A stretch of 64,000 nucleotides of DNA from Octopus vulgaris (Eukaryota): contig OX597821.1 of NCBI GenBank assembly GCA_951406725.2, forward strand, positions 61,194,001 through 61,258,000. The letters are read 5' to 3'. The notes beneath the pieces were generated by a model. It was given only the letters and a program-made list of their open reading frames with translations, ran no database searches and had not been told where the DNA came from. Every line of letters begins with the position of its first letter. Positions within the stretch are counted from its first letter, which is position 1. Positions 25,302 to 36,862 of the stretch are shown piece after piece. Position numbers and translations under genes: made by a program.

Positions 25302-27830
25302 TCACTGGAATACTTCTGTATATACGATGTTCCTAGCTGTCCGTTTGGGCGAAAACATGAAAACATCATTGCGCCTCCCAACGCGTGAACAGCCCACGTA
25401 GAGTTGACCGTGGGCGAAGCACTGTTCGCCCAAATGTAACCCAGCGACTTGTAGCGTTTGGCCTTGGGATTTATTGATGGACATTGCGAAGCAGAGTTTA
25501 ACAGGAAACTGAGAACGCCTGAAGTGGATTGGTAGGTCAGCGCCCGACGGTTGAAGGTGCATCCGTGGAATGAAGACGTCCTCTCCCTTCCCACAACCGA
25601 TAAGTATTGTGGCCGTTATTAAATGTGGTGCCAAATGTTTCACAACCAAACGTGTGCCGTTGCACTGTTTAGGTGGAACCAAATTCCTGATGAGCATAAT
25701 GGGCGCACCGACTTTTAACTTCAGGATGTGTGGTGGCAGGCCTGGCGGTTCAAGTGAATTCAGGAATTCAACAGGATAATCGGCAAGCTGGGCGGGGTCT
25801 GCTGTCCTATCTATAGATTTGTAGACGTGGACATCACCAGGAATAGCTTCAAGTAGCTGGATATTGATGGAGTTGACGGTTGTATTTTTGGGTGCGAGAA
25901 TAGCTCTGCCTGCCAGCCATTTTAGGTCGCGTAAATTGTTTTGTAGGTCGTGGAAGACAGCGTCCCGGAGGCTAGCAGGGGTGTCGACAATGGTGCAAAG
26001 TGAGTCCAATTGAACGTAGCCATCCGCATCAGACAGCATCCTATTTTCACCGAGCGATAAGAGGTCCCTGGAGAATGCAGCGGATCCGCTGTCACCAATT
26101 AACTGCGCGCGCATGTTAGTTTGGAGGTGCAAGGGCCGCACATGTGCCCAAAGAGCTGACGACTTAAGGCACGCGCGCACGGCATCGGCACGGGTTCCTT
26201 TTGGAATAACAGGTAGAGTCTGCCTGAAGTCTCCTGAAAGAAGTAAAGTTAATCCTCCCATGGGGGCCGTAGAGTCTCTGATGTCTTGCAGGGACCTGTC
26301 CAGTGCCTCAAGGGCGCCTTTGTGTGCCATAGTGCACTCGTCCCATACGATGAGTTTGCATCTGCGCAGAATATCGGCCTGTTCTGAGTTCTTGGCGATG
26401 TTGCAGATAGGTGACTCGGACTTTGCCAGATCGAGCGGGAGTCTGAAGGCAGAGTGGGCGGTTCTGCCACCCGGAAGCAACGTGGCCGCGATACCAGAGG
26501 AAGCTACAGCCAGGGCAATGTCCGTGTTGCGTCTGACCTCTGCCAGAATTAGTTTAGTGACGAAGGTTTTGCCAGTGCCGCCGGGTGCATCAAGGAAGAA
26601 AATCCCCCCACGTTGCTGTCTGACAGAGTCTACGATGGTGTTGTAGGCTATGCGCTGGTCTGGAAGCAGCCGTGGTTCATTATCTTGGACGTACTGGTGC
26701 AGTTCCTCAATGCAGTAGGAAGTTTCGCGTAACAATTCAGCAGACATAACATTGGCGTGTTCACGTGTGGGTGGTGGAAGGCCGTACTCTGTTAAAGCAG
26801 ACCCACCCATATCGATGACAGCGTCTTCGAGTTGAATGAGCGCGAAATTGTAAATGAAGTTGGTGAACGTGATCTCGGCGGAAGGGCAGTGTTGCTGAGC
26901 CGTACGTAAGAAGTCGTGCGACATGTCATCCCTGTATTTCATCCAGAGACTTAGTGGATCACTAAGCTGACATTTTTGAAGAAGGATTGCGAAAAGATGT
27001 CGTAGGGCCGAATGCGTTTGCAGTAAAGCACCCTCTGCCATCGTGGCGTCCCACTGGGAGTCATCCTCTAGAAGGCCAAGTCTCATACATGCTTCCCTGA
27101 AGGTGTCGCACAGAACCCCATTGACGGTACGTATATTGGCGAAACCTGTTGGACCAGTGACCTCATGTAGAAGGAGACGGAGGTAGAAGCATTCTTGCTG
27201 GTTTGGCGGGATGTTGTAAACTCGACCCAGGCAGGAGTCAAACTTGACGCCTGGGAAGCTTTCGACGTTTTTGCCGGATTTCCGTCGAACCCAGGTGTTT
27301 TTAGACCACACGAAGTACGATGGGACCTGTGGGTACAAAAGCGTTCGAGCGAAGTCATCACGTTGGCATAATTTGAAGAAACCAGTCAACGTTGTGTCTT
27401 TAGGGCTGGTGGCTATCTGCACAGCACTTTGCTCTGTGAAGTAAATCCGCTGTCCATTTTCCAAGTGTACAGCAAGTTGCACCACAGCCGGGTGTCTCTG
27501 ATGGAGCGGGAAGCCGTAAATGCGCCAAAACGCTTCGTTGCTGCTGAGGTACCGGCCAGCCAAGTAGTTGGACACTTCGTCGCGACTGGTGGTCCTCTGG
27601 ATGCTGAACATGGCAGCATCGCTGCCTTTGTTGATATATTTGCAGACATATTGTATTGACCTGATGGAGCTGCAGAACTCAACGTTGACGTGGGCTTTGA
27701 ATATCTTCGACAGGAGAGGACAGTAGGGGACAATGTAGCTGTTGTCCACTTGATGTCGCCCAACCGTAATCGTGCGGCCTCCATTGGCTGGACTCCTTCG
27801 TTTGTACAGCGGATACCCATCGCCGCCTGT
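25302..27830 (-). CDS. Helitron RepHel C-terminal part: Rep motif 3 plus PIF1-family helicase
   Basis: DGYPLYKRR, YVCKYINKG (catalytic tyrosines), FFLDAPGGTGKT, IVWDECT, GDFRQTLP, QFPVKLCFAMSINKSQGQTL, HGQLYVGCSRV. Confidence 0.9.
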   Translation of the reverse strand, partial: TGGDGYPLYKRRSPANGGRTITVGRHQVDNSYIVPYCPLLSKIFKAHVNVEFCSSIRSIQYVCKYINKGSDAAMFSIQRTTSRDEVSNYLAGRYLSSNEAFWRIYGFPLHQRHPAVVQLAVHLENGQRIYFTEQSAVQIATSPKDTTLTGFFKLCQRDDFARTLLYPQVPSYFVWSKNTWVRRKSGKNVESFPGVKFDSCLGRVYNIPPNQQECFYLRLLLHEVTGPTGFANIRTVNGVLCDTFREACMRLGLLEDDSQWDATMAEGALLQTHSALRHLFAILLQKCQLSDPLSLWMKYRDDMSHDFLRTAQQHCPSAEITFTNFIYNFALIQLEDAVIDMGGSALTEYGLPPPTREHANVMSAELLRETSYCIEELHQYVQDNEPRLLPDQRIAYNTIVDSVRQQRGGIFFLDAPGGTGKTFVTKLILAEVRRNTDIALAVASSGIAATLLPGGRTAHSAFRLPLDLAKSESPICNIAKNSEQADILRRCKLIVWDECTMAHKGALEALDRSLQDIRDSTAPMGGLTLLLSGDFRQTLPVIPKGTRADAVRACLKSSALWAHVRPLHLQTNMRAQLIGDSGSAAFSRDLLSLGENRMLSDADGYVQLDSLCTIVDTPASLRDAVFHDLQNNLRDLKWLAGRAILAPKNTTVNSINIQLLEAIPGDVHVYKSIDRTADPAQLADYPVEFLNSLEPPGLPPHILKLKVGAPIMLIRNLVPPKQCNGTRLVVKHLAPHLITATILIGCGKGEDVFIPRMHLQPSGADLPIHFRRSQFPVKLCFAMSINKSQGQTLQVAGLHLGEQCFAHGQLYVGCSRVGRRNDVFMFSPKRTARNIVYTEVFQ

Positions 27831-30171
27831 TAGTCTCCAAAGTGAACCGTTTAGGGAATCCCTTTGAGCAGGCTAATCCGTTTTTGTAGCATGGTGTGTT
27901 GGCGTAATTTGGTCCACAGGGCCCGTGTACCATGGTAGTGCGGACAATTTCGTAGAGTCCGGGGTCCTCATCGGGGTCAGGAATCTCGGCAGAAATGAAT
28001 TTGTCAATGTCATTAGTCTCGATTTTATGAGTGAGCCAAATTAAGGTGTGAGCATGTGGCAAGCCCCTCTTTTGCCACTCGACCGAAAACATGTGGCACC
28101 TGACATGCCCGAAAATCTGACCCTTAACTATCAAATCCTTCATTTTGCCCAAATTCAGACGGAAAACCCTAGCAACGATGTCGTGTCGATGGGTGTGAGA
28201 TTGACCCGGGAGGAGTTCGCGAGTGATTTCGTCGCAGCTGGGATTGCACGTGTAGGTGATAAAGAGGTCCGGCCGGCCGTAAATGCGCACGTAGGTCAAG
28301 GCGTCTTGGGTCCTTTCACGCATATATCGCGGTCCTCCCGTGAAGGTGGAGGGTAGAATGCATGGCTTGCCGATGTTGCGAGGGTCATTTTCTTGTTGCA
28401 AACCGTCACGGAGATGAATGTAGGAGTCGGAGCGAAGTTTGGTCTGATTAAGTTTAATGTATAGCAGCCTTTCCGATTCCATTCTTGCGGCCATGTCGAC
28501 GGCGAACTGGTTGAATAGCTGACGACAACGGGGCAATAAGTTGAACTCACCCTCCCTGACCATGAACCGGTATGAGTAGAACGCCCTGCAGGAAACCGTC
28601 TTTGATGCCGCAGTAGTTTGATTGGAGGGCTGCCGTAAAGGAATTCCGAAGTGGTAGCCGTCTTCCCCATAAGGGAAAAGCAATGGATACTGAAGCGCGT
28701 CATAAGATCTGTGAGTCTCGCTGATCCTGTGTAGGTTGTTACCACGGGAGGAGATGATTATGTCACGGCTGTTGTGTTGCTCTCCGTGTATAACTGCGGC
28801 AATTTCGTTGCACGCAGGTGCGTTGAAACGGCGTTCGTGCTCCCCGTGGGGTCGTTTATCAGCATCAATGACAACGGTGAAGTTTGGAGATGGAGCACTG
28901 TCCAAGGCATATCTGAAGCTGCAGACGTAGCTGTTGATATCATGAAGCATGGTTTGGAGACGGAGAAGAATGTCTTTGCGGGGAACATAGCTTGTACCCG
29001 GTATTATTCCAAGGCGTGCATCAACCTGGTGGTTGTAGTCGGCAATGAAGTATATTTGGAGGAAAGAAGACTGCTGAATCTCGTCTGGCAGAAGTGACCC
29101 AATAAGATGGTAGACCTGTCCCTGCACTTTGAAAGTAGGCATCCAGCCTTCTCTGGGAGGAATTTTGGCCCCGAAAGAGGTCATTTGGAATGAGCAGTTG
29201 TACTTTCGAATTATTTCAAGGAATTGTGACGAATCGGGGGTTAAACCCGCCGCGAGATCCTTCAGTGGTTGAGGTGGTTCCCGTAGGGGTGGCAGGTCCA
29301 CTTTGCCACCAGAGCAGCACAAACCAGGTGGCTCTCCGGGCCATTTCTTGGCTTTGCAAAACTGGCATACAATTGTCATTGACCCTATCTTGATGTCGTC
29401 ACGCAAGGAGAAGTTAATTGTGGCGTCGTAGTTGAATGCTAGTGACAACCAGAAAGCGGGGGCAGGGGTACGTACACCACGAATGATATCCCGACGTTTG
29501 TTGATACTCTCAAGTCGAGTGCACCGTGCCTCAGCAGATTCAGATGCACGTGCGACAGCGGTAGCAGTGGCATCCCTTGAAAGCCTTTCAGCTCTCGCCT
29601 CAGCACCCTCTGAAGCCCTAGCAGAAGCAGTGTTAATGGCATGTCTGGATGTCCGAATAGTCCGTTGGTGTGGAGTTTCGGCAGATCGAGCCCTGGCTGT
29701 GTTTGCGGCGTTAGCAGCTTGGCGAGCTCTCCTCTGTTGAGGTGTTTCGGCAGCTTTGGCCATGGCTTTGTTTGCGGCGTCAGCATCTTGGCGAGTTCTC
29801 CTCTGCTGTGAGGTTTCGACAGATCGTGTCCTGGCAGTGCTAGTGGCGTTAGCCGCATTCCGAATGGCCCTTTGTTCGGGGTTCTCGCGAGCTCTGCGGA
29901 TGGAAGCACAGTAAGAAGCCCGCATGTTTTGGCTGGACTGTTGCTCTTTCGTCAACCTCGAGCGGAGGGAAGATCTGTACGCTGCGACCCTTGCAAGTCG
30001 GGTAGAACGGTCGCTAGTAGTTTCAGATGCCTGAGCAGCGGCATAACGGGAAGCTGTTTGCGAGAGGCGCAAGGCGGTTTCCTCGTGGGTCTCGCGTGCC
30101 CTTCTAGCCCTAGCAGCCGATGCCTTGGCCGTCCGAGGGCTGAGGAGGGTCCTTCTCTTCTTGGGTGGCAT
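27831..30171 (-). CDS. Helitron RepHel N-terminal part: STPR-like repeats, Cys cluster, Rep (HUH) motifs 1-2
   Basis: Likely start MPPKKRR at 30171. CQFC..CC, YDALQYPLLFPYGEDGY, PDLFITYTCN, VEWQKRGLPHAH. Homology leaves this frame at ~27831. Confidence 0.85.
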
Positions 30172-30291
30172 TTTGGTGGATAGCAATGTGTTTGGCAAAG
30201 GTGTAATAAAAAGGAACACGTGGGGTAAGTATTTTGGTGGATAGCAATGTGTTTGGTAAAGGTGTAATAAAAAGGAGCTCGTGGGGTAAGT
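30170..30291. repeat. 2 x 61-bp tandem duplication directly upstream of the RepHel ATG
   Basis: attttggtggatagcaatgtgtttgg..gtggggtaagt occurs twice. Confidence 0.9.
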
Positions 30292-31397
30292 ATCCGAAAA
30301 TGTATAAAAATGTACAAAAACGGCCAAAAAGCTGGCAGCAATGTGAGTGACAACAACGAAAAAGTCAAAAGTGATCAAACTGAACAAACGAAAGGAAAAG
30401 TTTTTTGATGCACACGACAAAAGTGGTTTATAATAAACCAAGAGTTTGCAAGTAGCGTCCGAGGACCGTTAGGGTACGTCAAAAATTGAAGGTAAAACGT
30501 TTGGGGTGGTAGTTATAAAGAAAGTTTAAACCAAAAAAGTATTCGAATAACTTGCGGCTGCAGCAGCTATTAGCAGAAGTGGCGGTGTTGGGGATAAAGT
30601 CTCGAATGTAATTTCTTCCTGGTAGGAATTGGTTGGATCGAATTATCGATAGCTAAAAAGGTCAAGTTGCGTCCCCTAGACAGTCTGGTTTGTGTTTAAT
30701 ACACAAATTTGTTTGCTATGTGTGCCACATATGATTAAATTAACCGATTTTTACCAATAATGTATCCTATTGGAATAAAAAGGGCTATATAGCTCCTTGG
30801 AGCAGACATGATACTCGTTGTGAAAAAAAAAAAGATTCCTGCCAATTTGTGAAAGATATTGTCGAAAATATGTCATCTTGAATTTGAACGCGATTTCCCA
30901 AAATGGCATGATTTTATCGATTGTTTCTGATGGTAAGGTATTGCATGGAAAACTAACGTCAGAATTGAGTTTCTTAGGGTAACATTAAGCTTCACCATGA
31001 GTTTGGTGAAAATCGATTGCAAGTTGTGAAAACTACCATAGATAATGCGTTGCATAAAAAAAGCTTAGATTCTCGAGTTGCGTCCCCTAGACAGTCTGTG
31101 GTTCATGTTTATGATTCTCGACCCCATGTCGAATTTATCAATTTTTTTCAGAACTGGGGGAACTTTTCAAAATTTTCGCTGCGTTAGTTTTGAATTATGA
31201 CATTGGGCTATGTGTGTGTCAAGTTTCATCAGAATCGGTTGAAAGCCGTGGTCAGGGTGAGGGTACAAGAAAACAGACACACAGAAACACGCACAGACAA
31301 ACTGCCGTTTATATATAGAGAGATCACATAATGTGGAGATGAATCTTTTATATACAAAATCTCCATTCTCTCATGATCACTTCATCTTCAGAAAAAT

Positions 31398-31470
31398 GTC
31401 AGGGTGAGGGTACGAGAAAACAGACACACAGAAGCACGCACAGACAAACTGCCGTTTATATATAGAGAGA
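31398..31470 (-). mobile_element. Second copy of the Helitron 5' terminus, 73 bp
   Basis: Near-identical to 31251-31323 and again begins A|TCTCTCTATATATAAACGGCAG. Confidence 0.9.
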
Positions 31471-31480
31471 TATGAGTGTA

Positions 31481-31603
<123 letters not shown>

Positions 31604-32504
31604 CATATATTCGTACGTATTACACATACACAAACATATATGAAGTAAATAAATGACAAAAAATACAAATTATGAAATGGACTTCATTTATTGACAGAAT
31701 ATTTTACACTTTGTAGTCCTCTTAATTTTAGAAACTTTGAGGAAGCTATAAGATGATGTATAAGCACTCATGTCTGAAAGAACTGTATCAAATAGCAGAA
31801 ACAGCGATAAGCCATTGAAATTCATTGCATACATTCCTGACCCTTTCTAATGTATTTGGTTTCACATTATGCTAAGTACCCAACGAATACCCTATACCGA
31901 AGCATATATAAATATTGAGTTCTACCAGCGGGTTGTTAATATCGCTTTACCTAAGCGAAATATTAAAAAATATTTTTGCACAGACACTGACATACACGCA
32001 CGTAGATACACGCGCGCACACGCCCACCCGCGCAGACGCCCACACGCGCAGATATTAATCCTGTATATCATACTTAAAGGAGTTATTTCTTCTTCCCTGA
32101 GCTTCGTCAGTAGTTGGCATCCACTAACAACGGTATGGCAAGATGAATTTTGACTCTCTGATAGAGTTAACCAATGATAAAGAAAGCAAAGGCAGGGCAA
32201 CTGGCCAGCTGACTAAATAAAACTCCGTTATTAGCGATGGAAGATGTATAAGTTGAAAATAGTAATCTATATATCATACTTAAAGATGATATATTGCCGA
32301 AAGTCTGCTAAACAGCATCATGAGAAAATATTAATTAGAGCTTAGAGTATGAAATATAGAAATATATCTGCGGACGGTATAAATGAACCAGAAGCAGTAA
32401 CGGATATGTTCCTTTGTGCAAACGTACTCGTAGACACGTACACACTCATATGCACGAGTGTGAGCGCATACAAATTAAAAAGAATATTTTGAAATATTCC
32501 TTTC

Positions 32505-32705
32505 AACCATTGGCACAAAGTATGAAATTTTGGGTGAGGGGGTTAATCATTTAAATGGATCATAGTGCTTGACTGTTTATTCTCTCGACTCCAAAAGGAC
32601 GAAAGTCGACCTCGCTGGAATTCGAACTCAGAACGTAAAGACAGGCGAAATACTGCTGAGAATTTTGTCCGGTGTGGTAACGATTCTGGCAGCACACAGC
32701 CTTAA
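32505..32705 (-). mobile_element. Family-A SINE
   Basis: gaaagtcgacctcgctggaattcgaactcagaacgtaaag..gcctt. Confidence 0.7.
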
Positions 32706-33039
32706 TACTTTGAAATATTACTTTAGAATAATGTAATTCCCCGAGAAATCTGACCTCGTTTGTATGTAGTATAAGGCACTTAGAATATTCCCACGAGAGC
32801 CAGAAATGAAATTCAAATAAAGAAAAAAAAAGCGGAAAACCAGAGCTTGAAGCAATCGTTTTTGCATATATCAGTTATAATTATTTTATTTATTTATTTA
32901 AAGGAACATAAAGTAATGCATTTTCGTTATCAGTTTTATTAAAATATATTCAAACAATGAATATTGGTTTCAAGTTTTGGCAGAAGGCCAGGAATATCAG
33001 GGAATGAGGTAAGTCGATTCCATGTTGTATCCCTACATA

Positions 33040-33292
33040 TGTGTGTGCCTGTATGTGTGTGTGTGTGTGCGTGCACACGCGTTTGTGTGTCTGTGTGTCT
33101 GTGTGTCTCTGTTTGACAGTTGATGTCTGTTGATGCCTACGTAACTTAACGGCTCGATAGCGTAAATATCAAATTAAAAATTATAAGTATTGGGATCGTG
33201 TTTTTTTTTCTACTGAAACACTTGTCTATTAAACACTTCAACACGGTGCGACACCATGGCCACATTCCAATGACTGAAACAAGTAAAAGATA
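33040..33292 (+). mobile_element. Degenerate family-B SINE 3' half
   Basis: Ends in ggtgcgacaccatggccacattccaatgactgaaacaagtaaaaga, like the 38820 copy. Confidence 0.55.
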
Positions 33293-35005
33293 AATGAAGA
33301 TACCAGACTGCTTTTCCTCTATTTCGTTTTGTGTACTGTCGTCTCATTTCTTACTCAAGATTAAACCAAAAAGAAAAGAGCAGAAAATTCGCATTTGATT
33401 GCTTTCAGAATTTTTCCAATTTCCGATTGTAGATTATTTTCGGTATTTGGACTTTGGATAAAGTATTATCAGCTGTACTAATAATATCACTTGATAGCTA
33501 ATGAGTTTCCACATTTAAATGCTCTTGAAGAAAGCTAATATAAATGTTAGCAATGAACGCAAACAACGATTTCCTTGGCATTATGACAACAACTAAATAA
33601 CAATACGGAGAAGTGGAAAAAAAGAGAAGTACAATTGACTTAAATGTGAATTAGTTTATTAAAGCGATCTTGTTCAAATCTAATACATGTTTGTCGAAAT
33701 ATTAGCGTCCGTGTCAGCGGGATATGAACTAGAAGTGTAACGTGAAACTGAAAGTTGGTTCTAATATTGGTACAAAACCTGAAATTTGAGAGAAGAGTAT
33801 TAATCGATTGCATTAACTCAAAGTACTTGAACAGCGCTTTATTTTAACGTTGGCGTGGGCGTCGGGACTCAGAGTTTCAAAGTTTGATCAAATACTATAG
33901 AGCGTTTCAGAAGTCGCTGTAACGAATCAGCTAATGCATCGCCGGAATGTAAAATAAATATGGAAAAATATTTAATCTGCTGCTTTGTTATTCCTGTACC
34001 CAGTTACCTGAAAATTGTGAACAGTAAAAAATTATTAAACCAAACAATGTCTACATATTTAATATAATATTTATGTACAAAAGTTTTATTGGTTGTTCAG
34101 TGGCGAGAGATTAAAGAAAGTACAATATTATTAAAAACATAAATGTTTAAGAGAAACAACCACTTATGATCATTTCTAAACAGTCTAATATCTGATATAA
34201 AAGCAACTGTTGGCCATATATACACAAACAAATCAAGATAAATATGAGAAAAACCCCAACAAGAACCACAGTGTAAAACAAAATCATAGTCTGAAGAAGA
34301 TAAGACATGAAACGCTGCTGCTGTCGCATTAGCGTAGGTAATCAGACAAGCAAAATGTGTGCTTCGTGGCTTTGAAGAATGCTGTTTACTTCATCATTCG
34401 ATATATGCAAAATTTTAAATAAAGCTAAATAATGTTTTAAAATATGATGGAAAAGTGGTAGACACATTAACTAAATGCCATACAGAATTGTCTGATTTGA
34501 AATCCTGTTGAAAACTATGAATAAACTTTCGTTCATTCGGGGTCGATGGTATGCATATCATCTACTCAGTCCTCTAAGTTACTTTTCCAAATTTATGATG
34601 CCAATGTAACTAAAGAGAATATCAAACGAAGTTGTTAAATCTCAAAGCAGTCTTAATGGACAAGACAAGCGATTCAAACTCTTACACGTTCAGCTTTGTT
34701 TCAAATATAAGGAATTTAGGACTGCATTATAAAACATATCTATAGCTTTTAAACAGTGGGCAAATATTTGAAGACAAATTAATTTTTACTTCTGCCACAG
34801 TAAAAAAAAAAAACAACCTAGATGCCCCATCGATGATTTACCAGTTTTAGTTAAGTGGTCAATCATGGGTATTTGTGCGCTTGGCTTCTTCATTCCGAAT
34901 TTATTCAATGTTATTTTATTAATCTACTTTCAATTTAAGAAATTTAAACTCTATGTTTATTTTGTTACTAAGGTCTTATTATTATTTCATTAAATATATA
35001 TATAA

Positions 35006-35518
35006 CTAGCAGTATCGCCCGGCGTTGCTCGGGTTTGTAAGGGAAATAACTATATAAGCATTTTTAGAGAGTTACTTCCCTTATAGATGCCAATTCGGGC
35101 TTTCTTAGCCATTTCTGGTTTGGTGTCTTCAAGCCATGAAGTCGTTGTTCTAAAAGAGCGCTGGTCTCCTTGACAACGCTTTACGACGTTGATTTCCTTA
35201 CACTCCCTTCCCCACAGCTTCACGAGGGAGGGAAGAAGGGGGAGAAGCAAACAGGTGCAGGTGTGACCATGGACGCCAACTCCGCCGCCATCTACACACG
35301 AAATATTATGCATTAAAATGGAATAAAAAATGATGTTAAATTATTTTTAAAATCGTAGACTCGTCGTAGACGCGCGCTAATACTCAGACGGGCTCGATAT
35401 GAATCACGACTATAAGATACCCGAATTTGGTTAAACTGCACCGCAAAATGTGGGAGTAGTTAGGAATCTAAATCGAAGGGGACAGACACTCACACAACTA
35501 CAGTTTTATATATATAGA
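35006..35518 (-). mobile_element. Non-autonomous Helitron, 513 bp
   Basis: 3' ~68 bp nearly identical to 16935-17002 (hairpin + CTAG|T). Distinct 5' end A|TCTATATATATAAAACTGTAG. Confidence 0.85.
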
Positions 35519-35563
35519 TTAGTACTTATGTGTCGTGTGTCTTTCTTTCAGCCTCTTTCTTGA

Positions 35564-35602
<39 letters not shown>

Positions 35603-35788
35603 CAAACACGCATCTATACATATTTACGTTCGTATACACACATACGTACACACATACACAGGCGCGCACGCCCACCACACACATACACATACACACAGAC
35701 GTACACACACATACACATACACACATACACACACACACGCACACATACACACATACACACACACACACACACACACGTACGACGCACT

Positions 35789-35942
35789 TCTTTCAGTTAC
35801 TGTCAACTAAATTCAAACACTAAGTTTTGGCCGGCCCGAAGTTTATAGTAGAAGATACCTACCCAAGGTTCCACTCAGTGGCGGTACTGAACCCGGAACT
35901 ATTTTGTTGGGCAGTAAGCTTCTTACCATACAGCCACGCCTT
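35789..35942 (-). mobile_element. Family-B SINE head
   Basis: Reverse complement of the ggctgtgtggtaag..ccttggg..tcttctactata head at 38820. Confidence 0.65.
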
Positions 35943-36009
35943 TGCCAGTGTGTGTATGACTATATATTCCTGAAATGTGTACCGCCCTACCTTCTTCATC
36001 ACCTTATTA

Positions 36010-36350
36010 AAAGGGGTAAAGATTTCCTTCTCTCATGAATGGCCATGGGATTGCACCTAGAAAGTTCCCCTCCAAGGCACAGGTCCAGGCAAATTTGTTT
36101 ATGCAGGACCAGCAGTCGCCTATGTATACAATATCTCGTGTCCACGCCACTGATGTTATCCAAGGAAAAGGCAAAGGCTGTACAGCTTGACCCCAGTGAT
36201 GTCGCAACTCGTTTCTACAACTGAATGAACTGGAGCAACGTGAAATAAATACTCTTGCTCAAGACCACAACACACTGTCCGGTCCGGTAATCGAACTTAC
36301 TGCCTTCTGATTGTTAGCTTAATGCTCTAACCATTGACCTATGCACTTAC
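36010..36350 (-). mobile_element. tRNA-derived SINE (family D; core similar to 48470 and 49275)
   Basis: Minus strand: tRNA-like head, gtggtcttgagcaagagtatttatttcacgttgctccag core, tail shared with 17705. Confidence 0.6.
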
Positions 36351-36670
36351 TAGCATTACTTCCTTCGACTGCCTTAGGCACTACCACCAATAGCCCCACC
36401 ACCATTATCACCACCGCAACCTCTACCACCACCTCCTCCACTAACACCACCACTACCACCATTACCATCAACACTACTCCAACTATTACTACATTCATTA
36501 CAACCATTACTACCCCATAAATCTCTACGACTAGAACCGCCACCAATGTCCCCCACAACGGCCGTCAACATAACACTGCTGCCGCCACCATTTTATTGAA
36601 GTAGGCATTACCAATACCACCACTATCACTACAGAAGACCAACCGCACTATCACTACAGTTCCACCAATA

Positions 36671-36862
36671 TACATACATACATGCATACAGACATACGCA
36701 TACATACATACATACATACATACATGCAAACATACATTCATACATACATACATACATACATACATACATACATACATACATACATACATACATACATACA
36801 TACATACATACATACATACATACATACATACATACATACATACATACATACATACATACATA
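36671..36862. repeat. (TACA)n microsatellite
   Basis: Direct inspection. Confidence 0.95.

Larger units (their letters stand above)
25180..31323 (-). mobile_element. Near-intact autonomous-type Helitron, 6144 bp
   Basis: 5' A|TCTCTCTATATATAAAC at 31323. 3' hairpin CCCGGGCAACGCCGGG ~12 nt before CTAG|T at 25180. Encodes RepHel. Confidence 0.95.

Noticed and set aside
27820-27845. Programmed ribosomal frameshift in RepHel
   Set aside because: No slippery heptamer is visible, and a 2-nt deletion explains it more simply.
25235-30368. Overlapping and antisense ORFs inside the Helitron (e.g. 26113-26646, 29439-29909)
   Set aside because: Expected shadow ORFs of GC-balanced coding DNA; no recognisable motifs.
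30172-30441. First ~90 aa of the 920-aa ORF
   Set aside because: Non-ATG start, low-complexity sequence spanning the 61-bp duplication. MPPKKRR at 30171 is the more plausible start.
36345-36670. Thr/Val/Gly-rich ORFs resembling mucin or membrane proteins
   Set aside because: Degenerate (ACC/ACT)n trinucleotide repeat.
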